Source: Euglena gracilis
Taxonomy: Eukaryota
Length of the DNA: 64,000 bases
NCBI GenBank assembly: GCA_039621445.1
Contig: CP154954.1
Span: forward strand, 31,520,012-31,584,011
Reading direction: 5' to 3'
Every line of letters begins with the position of its first letter. The first letter of the stretch is position 1. The translations under genes were made by a program, and so were the position numbers. Positions 25,401 to 39,196 of this stretch are shown here, in pieces. A model generated the notes under the pieces. It worked only from the letters and a program-made list of their open reading frames with translations, was not told where the DNA came from and ran no database searches.

Positions 25401-28400
25401 CACCGACCTGGAAACACATATCCACTCAACTGAAAATGCACATCCACCGGACTGAAAACGCACATCCACCGGACTGAAAACACACATCCACCGGACTGAA
25501 AGCGCACATGGATGCGCGTTTTCAGTCAGGTGGATGTGTGTTTTCAGCTCGGTGGATGTGCGTTTTCAGTCCACTGAATGTGCATTTTCAGTCCAGTCGA
25601 TGTGCGTCTTCTGTCCGGTGGATGTGCGTATTCAGTCCAATGGGTGCGTGTTTTCAGTCTGGTGGCAGTTTTGTTTCCAGTCCTACGTATTTGTGTTTTC
25701 AGTCCGGTGGTTGTGTGTTTTCAGTTCGGTGGAGGTGGGTTTTCAGTCTGGTGGATGTGTGTTTTTAGTCCAACGGGTGTGGGTTTTCAGTGCGGTGGAT
25801 GTGTGTTTTCAGTCCAGTGGATGCGTGCTTTCTGTCGTGTGGATGTGCGTTCTCAGTGCGGTGGATGGGCGTCTTCTCTCTGGTGGACGTGTGTTTTCAG
25901 TCCGGTGGATGTGTGTTTTCAGTCCGGTGGAAGTGGTGTTTTCAGTCCGGTGCAGTGAAATTAAATATGGAGGATGTGTGATTTCAGTCCGGTGGATATG
26001 TGTCTTCAGTCCGATGGACGTGTGACTTCAGCCCGGTGGATGTGCTTTTTCGGTTGAGTGGATGTGCGCTTTCAGTCCAGTGATCGTGCGCTTTCAGTCT
26101 GGTGGATGTACGTTTCAAGTCCGCCGGGTGTGAGGTTTTCAGTTGGGTGGATGCGTGTTTTCAGTCTGGTGGATGTGCACTTTCAGTCTGGTGGATGTGC
26201 ATTATCAGACCGTTGGATGTGCTTTTTAAGTTGAGTGGATGTGCATTTTCAGTCTGGTGGATATGTGTTTTCAGTTCGCTGGGTGTGTGTTTTCAGTGAG
26301 GTGAATGTGTTGTTTCTGTCGGGTGGACGTGTGGTTTCAGTACGGTGGATGTGCGTCTTCTCTCTGGTGGAAATGTGTTTTCAGTCCAGTGGATGTGCTT
26401 TTTCAGTCCGGTGGACGTATATTTTCAGTCCGGTGGATGTTCATTTTCAGTCCGGTGGATGTGTGCTTCAGTCTGGTGGTGTTTTCAGTCCGATGGATGT
26501 GCGTTGTCAGTCCGGTGGGTGTGTGTTTTCAAGTCGGTGGTTGTGCACTTTCAGTCTGTTGGATGTGTGTTTTCAGTCCGGTGGACGTGCATCTTCAGTC
26601 CTGTGTTGTGTGTTATCAGCCAATGGATGTGTGTTTTCAGTCTGGTGGATGTGTGTTTTCAGTCCGGTTCAGTCCGGTGGACGTGTGTTTTCAGTCCGGT
26701 GGATATGTGTTTTAAGTCCGGTGGATATGCATTTTCAGTCTGGTGGATGTGTGTTTTCTGTCCGGTGGATGTGTGTTTTCTGTCCGGTGGATGTGTGTTT
26801 TCAGTCCGGTGGATGTGTGTTTTCAGTCCGGTGGATGTGTGTATTCAGTCCGGTGATTGTGCGTTATGAGTCCAGTGGATGTGTGTTATCAGTCCGGTGG
26901 ACGCGCGCTTTCAGTCCGGTGGATGTGTGTTTTCAGCTCGTTGGGTGTGTGTTTTCAGTCTGCTGGATGCGCGTTTTCAGTCAGGTGGATGTGTGTTCTT
27001 AGCTCGGTGGATGTGTGTTTTCAGTCCGGTGGATGTCTGTTTTCAGTCCGGTGGATGTGCATTTTCAGTCCGGTGGATGTGCATCTTCTGTCCGGTGGAT
27101 GTGTGTTTTCAGTCCGGTGCATGTGTGTTTTCAGTCTGGTGGGTACGCATTTTCAGTCCGGTGGAAGTTTTGTTTTCAGTCCGGTAGACGTGTGTTTTCA
27201 GTCCGCTGGATGTGTGTTTTCAGTCTGGTGCGATGTGGTTTTTCAGTACGGTGGATGTGTCTCTTCTCTCCGGTGGATGTGTGTCTTCAGTCCGGTGGAT
27301 GTGCGTCCTCAAACTGGTGGATAAACGTTTTCAGTCCAATGGATGTGCGTTATCGCGTCGGTGGATGTGTGTTTTAAGTGGTTGTGTGTTTTCAGGTCCG
27401 TGAATGTGTGTCTTCAGTCCGATGGATGTGCGTTATCGCGTCGGTGGATGTGCATTTTCAGTCCGGTGGATGTGTGTTTTCAGGTCCGTGAATTTGTGTC
27501 TTCAGTCCGGTGGATGTGTGATTTTAGTCTGGTGTATGTATGTTTTCAGTCTGGATATGCATTTTCAATCTGGTGGATGTGTGTTTTCAGTCCGGTGGAT
27601 GTGTGTTTTCAGTTGAGTGGATGTGTGTTTCCAGTCCGCTGGATGTGCATTTTCAGTCCGGTAGGGGTGTGTTTTCAAGTCGGTGGCTATGCACTTTCAG
27701 TCTGGTGGATGTGTGTGTTTTCAATTAGTTGTCTGTTCATTTTCAGTCCGGTGGACATGCATCAGTCCGGTGGATGTGTGTTTTCAGTCCGGTGGACATG
27801 TGCTTTCAATCTGGTGGATGTGCGTTTTCAGTCCGGTGGATTTGTGTTTTCAGTCCGGTGGATGTGCGTCATCAGTCCGCTAGATGCGCATTTTCAGTCC
27901 GGTGGATGTGCGTTATCAGTCTGGTGGATGTGTGTCTTCAGCCCGGTGGATATGCATTTTCAGTCCGGTGGGGGTGTGTTCAGTCCGGTGGATATGCACT
28001 TTCAGTCTGGTGGATGTGTGTTTCCAGGTCGGTGGACGTGTGTTTTCAGTCCGGTGGATGTGCATTTTCAGTTCGGTGGACATGTGCTTTCAATCCGGTG
28101 GATGTGCGTTTTCAGTCCGGTGGATGTGTGTTTTCAGTCCGGTGGATGTGTGTTTCCAGACTGATGGATGTACGTTCTCATTCCAGTGGATGTGCGTTTT
28201 CGGGTTGGTGGATGTGCGTCTTCAGTCCAGTGGATGTGCGTCTTCATTCCAGTGGATGTGCGTTTTCAGTCCGCCGGATGTGAGGTTTTTAGTCCCGTGG
28301 ATGCGCGTTATCAGTCTGGTGGATGTGCACTTTCAGACCGTTATGTGTGTTTTAAATCTGGTGGATGTGTATTTTCAGTCTTGTGCATATGTGTTTTCAG

Positions 28401-31400
28401 TCCGGTGGGTGTGTGTTTTCAGTTAGGTGGATGTGTGTTTTTAGTCCGGTGGACATGTGCTTTCAATCCGGTGGATATTCATTTTCAGTCTGGTAGATGT
28501 GCATTCTGTTCAGGTTGACGGATGTGAGTTTTCAGTCCGGAGAATGTGTCTTTTCAGTCGGGTTGATGTGCGTTTTCAGTCTGGTGGATGTGTGTTTTCA
28601 GGTCAGTGAATGTGCATTTTCAGTCCGGTGGAGTGTATTGTGACTTGGAGGATGTACGTTTTCAGTCCGGTAAACGTACGTTTTCAGTATGGTGGACGTG
28701 TGTCTTGAGTCCGATGGATGTGCGTTATCAGTCTGGTGGATGTGGGTTTTCAGTCCGGTGGATGTGCGCTTTCAGTCCGGTGGATCTGCGTTATCAGTCC
28801 GGTGGATGCACATTTTCAGTCCAGTTGAGGAGCGTTTTCAGTCTGGTGGATATGTGTATTTTTTTTGGTCTGGTGGATGTGTGTTTACATTCTGGTAGGT
28901 GTGTGTTTTCAGTCCGATGGATGTGTGTTTTGACTCCGGTGGATGTGTTTTTTGAGTCCGCTAGATGTGCATTTTCAGTCCGATGGACGTGCGCCATTAG
29001 TCCGGTGGATGTGTGTTTTCAGTCCGGTGGATTTGTGTTTTCAGTCCGGTGGATGTGTGTTTTCAGTCCGATTCATGTGTGTTTTCAGTCCGGTGGACGT
29101 GTGTTTTCTTAGTTCCGTGGACGTGCGCTTTCAGTCCGGTGGATGTGTGTTTTCAGGTCATTAAATATGCTCTATCAGTACGGTGGATGTGTGTTTTCAG
29201 TCCGGTGGATGTGCGTTTTCAGTCCGGTGGATGTGTGTTTTCAGTCTGGTGGATGTGTGATTTCAGTCCGGTGGATGTGCGTTCTCAGTCCGGTGGATGT
29301 GCGTTATCAGGTCGGTTGGTGTGCCTTTTCAGTTGAGTGGATGTGTGTTTTCAGTCCGCTGTATGTGCATATTCAGTACGGTGGACGTGCGTGTTCAGTC
29401 CGGTGGATGTGTCTTTCTAGTCAGCTAGATGTGCATTTTCAGTCCGGTGGATGTGTGTTTTCAAGTCGGTGGCTGTGCACTTTCAGTCCAGTGGATGTGT
29501 GTTTTCAGTCCGGTGGATGTGTGTTTTAAATCTGGTGGATGTGCATTTTCAGTCCGGTGGATTTGCGTTTTCAGTCCGGTGGATGAGCGTCTTCAGTCCA
29601 GTGGATGTGTGCTTTCAGTCCGGTGGATGTGCGTTTTCCGTCTGTGCATTTCCAGGCTGGAGCATATGCATTTTTCTGGCCAGTGGATGTGTGTTTTCAG
29701 TCCGGTGGATGTGCGTCTTCAGTCCGGTGCATGTGTGTTTCCAGTCCGATAGATGTGTGTTTTCAGTCCGGCGGATGTGCGTTATCAGTCCGATGGATGT
29801 GTGTTCTGAATCCGGTGGATATGCGTCTTCAGTCTGCAGGATGTCCGTTTTCAGTCCGGTGGATGTGTGTTTTCAGTCTGCCGGATGTGCGTTTTCAGTC
29901 TGGAGGATGTGCGTGTTCAGTCCGGTGAATGTGCGTAATCAATCCGGTGGATGTATGTTTTCAGTCCGCAGAATGTGAGTATCAGTCCGGTGGATGTGTC
30001 TTTTCAGTCCAGTTGATGTGGGTTTTCAGTACGGTGCGATGTGTGTTTTCAGTCCGGTGGATATGTTTTTTCAGTCCGGTGGATATGTGTTTTCAGTCCG
30101 GTGGACATGCGTCTTCAGTCCGGTGGATGGGCGTCTTCGGTCCGGTGGATGTGCATCTTCAGTCCGGTGGATGTGCGTCTTCAGTCCAGTGGATATGCGT
30201 TTTCAGTCTGCCAGATGTGAATTTTCAGTCCAGTGGATGTGTCTTTTCAGTCCGGTGGATGGGCGTTTTCAGTCCGGTGGATGTGTGTTTTCAATCCGTA
30301 GTCCGGTGGATGCGCATCTTCGGTCCGGTGGATGTGCATCTTCAGTCCGGTGGATGTGTGTCTTCAGTCCGGTGTTGTGTGTTATCAGTCCGGTGGATGT
30401 GCTTTTCAGTCAAGTGGATGTGCGGATTAAAGACCGGTGGATGTGCGTTTTCAGTCTGGTGGATGTGCATTTTCAGTCCGATGGATAGATGGATGTGCTT
30501 TTGCAAACCAGTGCAACTCCGTGGATTTGCGTTTCCAGGTGGGTGGACGTGACTTTCCATGGATGTGGGCTTTCAGCCCGCCGATGTGCGTTTTCAGTTT
30601 GTGTGTTTCAAGGCTGGTGGATGTGCATTTTTTAGGCCGGTGGATGTGCGTCTCCAGGCTGGTGCATGTACTTTTGCAAAACCATTGCCCCCCCCACTGG
30701 ATGTGTGTTATCAATCTGGTGGATATGCGTTTCCAGGCTGGTGGATGGGTGCTTTCAGGCTGGTGGGTGTGTTTTTTTCAGACCTTTCGAGGTGTATTTT
30801 GGGGCTGGCGCACTCCCATGGCAGGTATGTGTGTTTTCAGTCTGGTGGACGTACATTTTCAGTGCAGTGGATGTGCATTTTCAGTCCGGCGGCTATGCGC
30901 TTTCAGGCGGGTGGATTGGCATTTTCAGGCAGGATCAAATAAGGAGGAAACAGCTAAATATAGATGGAGGGGGGGGGACGGACAAACTGCATGGAAAAGA
31001 CATGCAAACAGCCCTCAATAGGCCCCCCAAACACCTCAAATTCAGCACCAAGCTTTAAGACCTGAAAGGGATCATCCCCAACACTCCTGCGGATGGGGGG
31101 GGGGGTGCTCGGAACCCATTTCAATGCAACCTGTGTTTTTTTTTGCATTCATGCAGATATAGAAGGATAGTATCCACACTGGGGATCCTCCCATTTACTG
31201 AAAAGGAAAATTCACTGAAATTCACGAAGGATCACGTAATGCTTTTGCAAAGCCATCGTCGAATGCAGGGGCGGGGGGTGGCATTTGAATACCTGGAAAT
31301 CAGCCAGCAGCCTGTTTCCATCCAGGCCAATTTTTTTCAGCTCTGGCAACCCCCCCTCCCAGGGGCCGTTAAGCAACGCCTGGGGCTGTGCATGATTCCC

Positions 31401-33849
31401 TTACTCGTCCCATATCATCTGAACCCAGGGGTGAACTAGACCCGGAATTATCAAACTGTAAAAACACCCACAGCATTGCCAAATTATAAAATATCAATTT
31501 TATGATTAAAATTTTGAGCTGGAGAGTCCAGTTAAAAATAAGTCATTTGAGGCGGCTCCGGGACTGAAAAAAAAGACTGCTGGCTGGCTGGATCCCCCCC
31601 CCCCCCCGCAGGGGATCCCCTTGGCTTAAACGGCATCCTGGCTCCAGCTCATCCCAAGGCTTTGACAAAGATCCATGTCAAGAGATTTCCGCATATTCAT
31701 GCTGACGACCGTTGTCCTCTTTGTGCTGGACTGCTACGGAAGAATGGGAAGTGCGGCCCTTGTTGGCTTTCATTGGCAATCACGTTCGCCTGCTAATGGG
31801 ACAACATGGCTCATGGGAGAGGTGAGATTTTTTTTTAAAAAAAATGTTTTTTGACCTTGTTTTTAATGAGCTGTAGAAATCTGGGCAAACAAAAGTGACC
31901 AATTGCCAAATGTTCACTGCATAAATCATATGACCCTACGTTACATGTGCCAAAGAAACCGTCATTGCCAGCTTCACAGAAAAACATCCCATCCTTGATC
32001 TCGTATGGGCTTCTAAAGAACCAAGAAAACTTGATCCAGGGATTATCATGTGGTGGAGATCAGGCAGTGAACTTTGGTTGTTTTGCATCTCCTCCCCTTA
32101 CGGTGACCAAATATGCATGTGTATAATGTGCATTAATGTGTATCTGCCCAAGGTATCAATTCGCATTATTTTTTTATTTTGTGTTTTTGTACTATTTTGC
32201 AGGGTTATTAGGAAATATGCAGAGTTTTGGTTCAATTTTCCCTGCCAAGTCAATGCTTGCAAAAAAATTTGACCCAAAAATGTCCTGGGCAGCCCTTTTC
32301 CGACCCATTCTCGCCCATTTTGACCCATTTCTGCACCCTGAAAGCGAGAAAAATACGTTACAGTCCAGCCCCCCGAAGGGCGGCTGGAAATAAATAAATC
32401 TCGTTGATGGGGGGTCTGGGGATGGAAAAAGGCTGCTTGCTGGAAAAAGACTGCTGGCTGGCTGGACCACCCAGGGGTGGGGTCAAATTTTGCTAAGCCT
32501 GGTGGAGCCTCATCTGCGGATGATGGTGGATGAAGGTGGTCATCCTGGCAACGAAAGAAGAACGTGTCACGGCAGAAAGGGGGGATGGCGGTGCTGTTGC
32601 CGGTGTGAATGTGTAAACATGAATGGGTGATGGTGCTGAGAGATGGGGTGCATGAGGTCAGAAAGGTGCAAAGGGAGGGGGTTCGAGGGGAAGGAGGCTG
32701 CTTTTTCTCGGGAGAACACAAACGGAAGGTCATTGAAATCTGCTGGGGGGGCTGCATGCTGAACGCTTAATATGCACGTTTCCACAAACAAGCAACCTGG
32801 TATAAGAATGCTGCATAACTGTTTAACCTTTCTTTGAGGAATTTCTCGTCCATTTCTTCTCTCACTGTGGGCAGACTTGCGAAGCAGTGAGCAAAAAAAA
32901 GTGAACTGAAACTCATGCAGGCATTGCCCTGAATGTTTTCCTCGTGAGTGCTTTTACAGGGGGGAAATGTCTCAGGGCAGACATTGGGAATGTTGCAAGA
33001 GGACAGGTCAATCAATACAGAAGGCATAGGGTAGTTTACTTGTGAGGTCCCCAAGCACAATCTTTGCCCCTCCTCCATAGCCTGATAGGCTGTGCAATCT
33101 TTGACAAAGTTAGTCGTCACTGAGGGCCCAGTTGGGGGGGGGGGGTGAAAATTGTGAATTTCCTGCTTTCTGGGTTTTCGAGACCCAACAAACATTTGAA
33201 ATCTCTCAATATGAACCAAATTGCAGAATTGAATGAAGTGCCAAAAAATTTTGTTTGGACCCCCCCCCTTGTCCAGGACACGCCAATGTTCTGAAAGTGC
33301 CGTTGACACGGGCACAAGGGGGTCAACAGCACACTGTGTCAACGGCACGATACCAAAACAATGTGTTTGATGGCCCAATAACCATCGCCTCCAGAATTGC
33401 ACCATTTGACCTCTCATATTGCACCAAATCACCAAATTCATAAGGGAAACATTTGAATACATGGCAAGGAAGAAGATGGACATGTATTTCAAGTGTCTTG
33501 GTTAAATTTCCTTAGAAATGTTGGCGGACATGAGAGAAAAAATCACGTTCCAGGAAGTGCCGTTGACCCACGGGGGGAATGTGTCTTGGACAAGGTGGGG
33601 GGAGGTAAACTTTTTTGGTCCACAGGACGGTCAAGGGGGAAAAATCCAACAATGGCACCACCCCCCGTGGTTGCACTAAGGCTTCTTGTCCCGTCCCCCC
33701 CCCTGGCCAGGAAACTATCACACTGCCGACAGGTTGGCCAGTATCAGGGATCCTAACAAATTACGGACAGCTTGGCCAATACCAGGGACTCTGGCAAGCT
33801 CTCAGGGTTGAGAGTTTCCTGGGGGGAGGGGGCGAGGTCTCTCCAGTCT

Positions 33850-33956
33850 GTGCCACCCGAGGCAGCTGGTGCTGCACGTTGGCGCTTAACCGGTTGTCCG
33901 CCACATCCAGCCGCACCTGCATCCGCACCGCCACCTCGCAGAAGGTGCTTAGTGCC
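33850..33956 (-). CDS. F-box-like/LRR protein exon 12 (ALSTFCEVAVRMQVRLDVADNRLSANVQHQLPRV...), 3' end unresolved
   Basis: GCG-CGGCGACCCCCCTGC pairs with GCAGGGCGGATGCCG-AGGTC; GC|G junction; VRLDVADNRL LRR motif. Confidence 0.8.
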
Positions 33957-34723
33957 GACCTCGGCATCCGCCCTGCTGGCCCGCCCCTGATCAGTTCCAG
34001 TGCCGTGACTTTTGCAACGCTGTTCGACGAAACAACAACGTCAACAACCCAAAACTGGGTGGGGGGGGGCGGGGATTTTGGGGTCGCGGTGCCGTTTTAA
34101 AACAGTTGGAAACGTGTGGGAGATGTCCCATCAAAACATTACCCTTCCGTCCAACCCAGGCTGAAATTGAGGTTAAATTAAACTGACTTCAGTGGAGGGA
34201 GGTCTCCGAGAGCCATATGCCCACGTTCAAGCAGTCCCCTCATGTGTCACTCCGAACCAGTCGGACGGAGTCGGCCACACCTCAAATTGCAGCCTGGTCA
34301 AATCTTCTCCCATTACAGATCCTCCAGAGAGATTGCTCTCACAATCCTGCGCATCCTCGGGTGTCCACATTTGGTGCACCAGAACTTGGAATGAACATCT
34401 GGCCAGACAATTTTGTGGGGGGGGGGGGTCCGGGCCAACCTACCCACCCCTTGCGGGGGCTTGGGGGACCCACTTTTGGGGAGTGAATCTTGGGGTCAAA
34501 AAAAATTGCCGTTTCCCACCGAGAACAGAGGAAAACCCCGCTCAGCCCGACCCCCACCCTGGCAGGGGGGAGGCTCGGCCTGGACCCCCCCCCCGGGTCA
34601 CGAAACTTTAAAAAATCGACAATCATACCTGCTTACTGCAAAGAAAGAAAATCACCACAAATCAAATTTCCGTTCTGACTTCTGGTGTTCAGCGGGCAGT
34701 GGGCAGCATGATTCCCAACCTTA

Positions 34724-37373
34724 GGCGGTGTAAACTGCCCATGAAAAAATTGACTGAAGTGGCACCCGGAACAGTAGAAAAATGCTCCAAAAAACAGCCA
34801 AAATTTTCGAGTTGTGCATCAGGACAGAAATTTTTCAGCGTTATTGCGTATGTAACAGACGAAGCGGAAAACCGCTTCGATAATTTCTGAAATTTATTTT
34901 TAGTAGATTCACAGGTAAATACGACGCAGCAAAAAGGTTGCAGAAAACCTACCACAATCGACACACAACGAATGATGTCATCTGTCAAGCAGACACACAG
35001 AGACAGAAAAAGAATATATACATAGCAAATACCTGCGAGCATTTAACGAATCAGTATAACAAGGAAATTTAAGTAAAATGCCGAATGAAGCGGAATACCG
35101 CTTCATCGACACCCATAGTCGTGATATTACATTAAGTGCAACTGAATCAGAGGTGACAAGAATACATGTACAATTATGCTGTACAGGATAAAAAGGAGGA
35201 GAGACCACGTTCTGCCTCTGTGATCAACTCGACCTGACACCGACGTTGGCCACCGTCGGTGTCGGTTGTTCCTGTGGGCTGCCGGGGCCGCAAGCGGCGG
35301 AAGCAGGCACCCGGCAGCCCCGTGGCTCCCCGCCTTGCACTGCCAGAGACAGACTGGTTTTAGGCCTAAACAGAATGAAAAACTAACATTTGAGGTTTGC
35401 GGTGCACTTGGCGGTTTGGTGGTTGTGTAGTGCGCGGAACAAACGTGTAGGTCCATGAGAAGCAGATAATGAATACAACGCAAGCGGTTTTCCGCTTCCT
35501 TTGCACGTAATGGACACAAAAGGGGAGAGGCTGGACCGGGTCCAATTCACTTCCCCGTACCCCTGAAGGTGCCCAGCCTTCAGGGGTACGGCTTTTGCTG
35601 GACCAGGCAGGCGATCGTACAGTCCAGGCTCCCCGTTTATCGCAGTACATACACGTTACGTACGATGAACCTTGTGCATTGCACTTTGTGGTTCAGTCAA
35701 ACGTTAAACGGTTAACAACATCGCGCATCGCATTGCAATGCGGACGAACGCACTCAGAATACAACGACAGAATGCACATGAAGCGGTATTCCGCTTCTTT
35801 TTAATAAGATGAGCAATATGCTTAATGTCCATCGCGAGGTACATAACTGTTTACCGGTTGCATGTACCATGAGCAGGACACCAATCGTCATCTTAGCATC
35901 CAAATTGAAGAACTAAGTTACAGTGGTGTACCGAAGCCAAGATTGGTCCACTGCAACTCGTTGTGCACGTATCTCCGCCTGTGCTACGACACTTGCACTG
36001 AGTTCATCAAGTCCATGAGAAATCCTCTGCAAACATGACCTTGGCGGAGTTTTTATTCTCAAAGTCATGATGGAAGACAGTTTTATATGTCCAACGGATG
36101 AAAATGAAGCGGAAAACCGTTTCACCTACGACTTAAATCACGATGGCGTCTGTTCATACCGAGTGATGTGACCACAAAATACTACATTGTCCAGACCCCA
36201 TGCATTCAGGTAGTTTAACTGAATGTGCTCTTCGGGCTGCCGCTGGCAATGGCCAGCAAAGGCCGTATGTGGCGGGGACTGCCCACCCCCTCCACGTACT
36301 GTCTGTGGTTCCCTACCAGTGACAGCCTCCTTTTTTGCTTTTACTGGAGCCAGCGGGAATCCGCTTCATACGTGTGGGTAGCGACTGTGATCACCCAGGC
36401 AGTCGGGTTCATCAGTGCAGATTGGACTCAATTTGCTGGACGATGTTTGCTTTCTGGTGCAGTGCTAAGTCACATTGGTATGGACAGCTGAAGAAAGACG
36501 TGAGGTCAGTGTATATACCGAGATCAAGATACTACATACTTCTAATTTTCTTCTCTCCGATTTCAGGAAGCGGAAAACCGCTTCATCGTTTTCCTGATTG
36601 TTTTTGCAGGTTTTCCCTCCTACCCGCTTACGATGGCCCTGTACCTCAAGCGCGGACTTTGATTACAGGTCTGTATCGTTCTGCGTCTTACATTTGTATA
36701 CCATTTGTTGTGGCTGTAATGTCTTTTGGGAAATGTACTAGTTAAACTTTATGCCAATGATTACTACTGAGTGCGTGCGGTTCATCACACCCCTCCGGAA
36801 ATGCTGAACGAATGTATGTTGACATTATTATTCACTGTTTGAATTGCATCCCCTTCCATCTGATTTGTCACATATTTTTACCGTTTCTCATTAAAGCGGT
36901 TTTCCGCTTCCTTTTCATTTTTGGAAAATTTTCTTTACTTTGCATTGTTAATCCGTTAGGTATGATTCTTCCGGTGTCGATTTCGGTGACATGTGAATGA
37001 TTTTGAAGCGGAATGTCATTTTTACCGCTTCCTATATTTTGTATTTATTATTTTCCCCCTTTTGCAGGGGGTTTCGCCTTCTTCTGCCCCTGGCGGCAGC
37101 CGACATGAGGTGTGTATTTGCACTTTATTGCTGTCTTTGAAATTTCTGTAGGGTTTTCGTTCATTTAGACTAAATTTCAAATTTTAAGTGGCATTTCAGG
37201 TGGTTTTGGGGGTTTCTAAAACTTCGTTACTGCAAGCCAAACGTCCAATCAGAAATGGCCGAAATCGGTACCTCTTCTAAAACCTTCAAAAAAAACAGGC
37301 CGTTTTTGGAAGCGTTTTTCCGCTTCCTTTTCCGTTTCGAGGGGGTTTAAATTTTTGGGCAGTTTATGCCTCC
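34724..37373. mobile_element. TA-flanked TIR element with ~10 dispersed GAAGCGG-N4-CCGCTTC palindromes
   Basis: TA|GGCGGTGTAAACTGCCCA ... TGGGCAGTTTATGCCTCC|TA. Confidence 0.7.
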
Positions 37374-37478
37374 TAAGCCAACGTCCAGGAATCCAGCACC
37401 ATCAAACCTTTGCCCAGAAAATAAGGCCCATTGAGAGATGGTTTCTCCCGAGGCAGAGCGGCAGGGGGGTCGCCGCGC

Positions 37479-37595
37479 GCAGCCCCCCGGTCGGTGATAA
37501 AGTTGCCCGGCAGGCTCAGCACAAGGGACTGCAGGCCGGCGGTCCGCAGCGCCGCCAGCGCCTCCGCCCCGTTGTCCATCACAAAGTTGTACCCC
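37479..37595 (-). CDS. F-box-like/LRR protein exon 11 (GYNFVMDNGAEALAALRTAGLQSLVLSLPGNFITDRGAA)
   Basis: 117 nt; GGC-CAGGCGTGGCTG pairs 10/12 with CAGCAAGGCCTG-TGTTT; CT|G junction. Confidence 0.85.
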
Positions 37596-38222
37596 AAACA
37601 CAGGCCTTGCTGGAACTCCAACCCAGAAAGCGTTCGTTCCCTGAGGCCGCAGGACGTTTGCCTCCCAATCTTTTCTCCCGTCGTGGGCGAGGGGGGGGTC
37701 AGCATTCCTTTTGATGAGAAAAGGGGTGTGTTGTGTGTAGGCCATTACCTAAGGACCCCGGGGGTGGGCCCACCGGCTTGCCATTTTGCCAGCACTGGGA
37801 AAGAAATTCCTCCACGCTGCACGCCGAGGTGGAAATGACGTCTTTTTAAGTTTTGGGGGTCCAGAAAAAACTTCGGCGCTTCACGCAAATCACTGGAAAA
37901 AAAATTCCACTGGCTGGCCCTGCTGGCAGACACCCCAGGGGGGGTCCACTAGGATTTCCAGTAGCCAAATTTGGACTTGCTGCAGTCCAGCCAGGGGTAC
38001 TGCGAACCCTTGAGCCAGGCTGTGTGTTCTGGAAGGTCCCCTGGAGTGAGGTGGAGGTTTGGAACGTTGCGAGCGTCCAGAAGAAGCTCCAAAATGACCA
38101 AAAAAAGTGTGCAAAAGGGGCTGTTGTTTACCACTTTGCGGGTGTCCTGGGGCCAGGGGTTGACAACAAAAAAAAAGGGTCGGGGGAGGACAGCACATGG
38201 GGGAGGGCAGCCACGCCTGGCC

Positions 38223-38346
38223 AGGTACAGCGCTAGGTGTGTGACGGACCCGGCGGCGAGGGCCGGGCCCAGGGCCAGCCCCGAGGCGTCCACGCCGTTG
38301 TCCTCCAGCCGCAGGGCGAGGCGGGCGAGGGCCCCTCGCACGGCCC
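38223..38346 (-). CDS. F-box-like/LRR protein exon 10 (AVRGALARLALRLEDNGVDASGLALGPALAAGSVTHLALYL)
   Basis: 124 nt; LRR consensus; paired intron ends on both sides. Confidence 0.85.
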
Positions 38347-39196
38347 GGCCCCGGTGGCTGGATGGACGGGGGGGGGGGGGGGGGGCGGGGCTTCCACCCA
38401 CAGGGGGGGGGGGAATGCAACAATGCTCCTCAATGCAATGCAAAAAAACGCAAAAAGTGCAAGTCGTGTGTAAATTCCTTCAGGAGCACTCTTTTTCACT
38501 GCAGAGGACTTGGAAAAAATTCACTGGCTCAAAAACTGACAACATTAAAGGAAAATGTGACACAAACTTGTGAAGTGATGGGGTTGGTTCTCCGAGCCCA
38601 CTCATATATCATCATGCAACTACTGATTATGTGAAATTGGTCCAAAAATGTGAAATATGCAACGTCCAGTTGTTTGAAATTGGAGCAATACGCCTGTGCA
38701 AATGCCTGAACAAAATAAAACAGGCAAACTATGGCAAAAAAAATACAAAAAAATGAGACTGTTCACAAACTGCTCATTGTGCAAAAAAATGATAATGCAA
38801 ATTATGCAAAAAAAATCAAGAGTATCGATTATGCAAACAAAATGCAAACTATGCAACTTGCACATTCCCCCCCTGCTGCCCACTTCTGAGGGCGGCAGAT
38901 ACGTTACCCCCCCCCCAGGAGGGGAGCGATGGACGGGGGTGGGGGGCATTTGGGCAGAGGGGGAGATGGCGAGACAACCCTGAGGCTGCGCCACACCTCG
39001 AACAGGAGGGCTTTGTGTCGGGTTGGACTCAATTGCCACACGGTGCTGAGGTGCAAGCTGCACCCATGCACCGCTGAGCAAAATTGGCACGACAGAAGGC
39101 TTGGGAAGTGCTTACATCATGTGAGGCAGGCACATGCCTCGGCAATATGGTGTAACGGAAGGGCCTGCACAGGGGGGAGGGGGCAAGCCACCGCAC

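Larger units (their letters stand above)
11312..30912. repeat. ~19.6 kb degenerate satellite, ~22-bp unit TTTTCAGTCCGGTGGATGTG(C/T)G
   Basis: Hundreds of tandem units; reversed blocks at ~11500-12920, ~14805-14910 and ~24850-25507. Confidence 0.95.

Noticed and set aside
14900-30900. Many long ORFs of FQSGGCVFSVRWMC type
   Set aside because: Translations of a stop-poor 22-bp satellite, open in all frames.
32767-33492. 241-aa ORF as a gene
   Set aside because: Overlaps a MITE-like element, lacks the GC3 bias of the real exons and has no motif I recognise; possibly a transposon relic.
34861-37326. CRISPR-like array
   Set aside because: Spacers are ~100-380 bp and irregular, repeats vary in orientation, there are no cas genes, and the context is eukaryotic.
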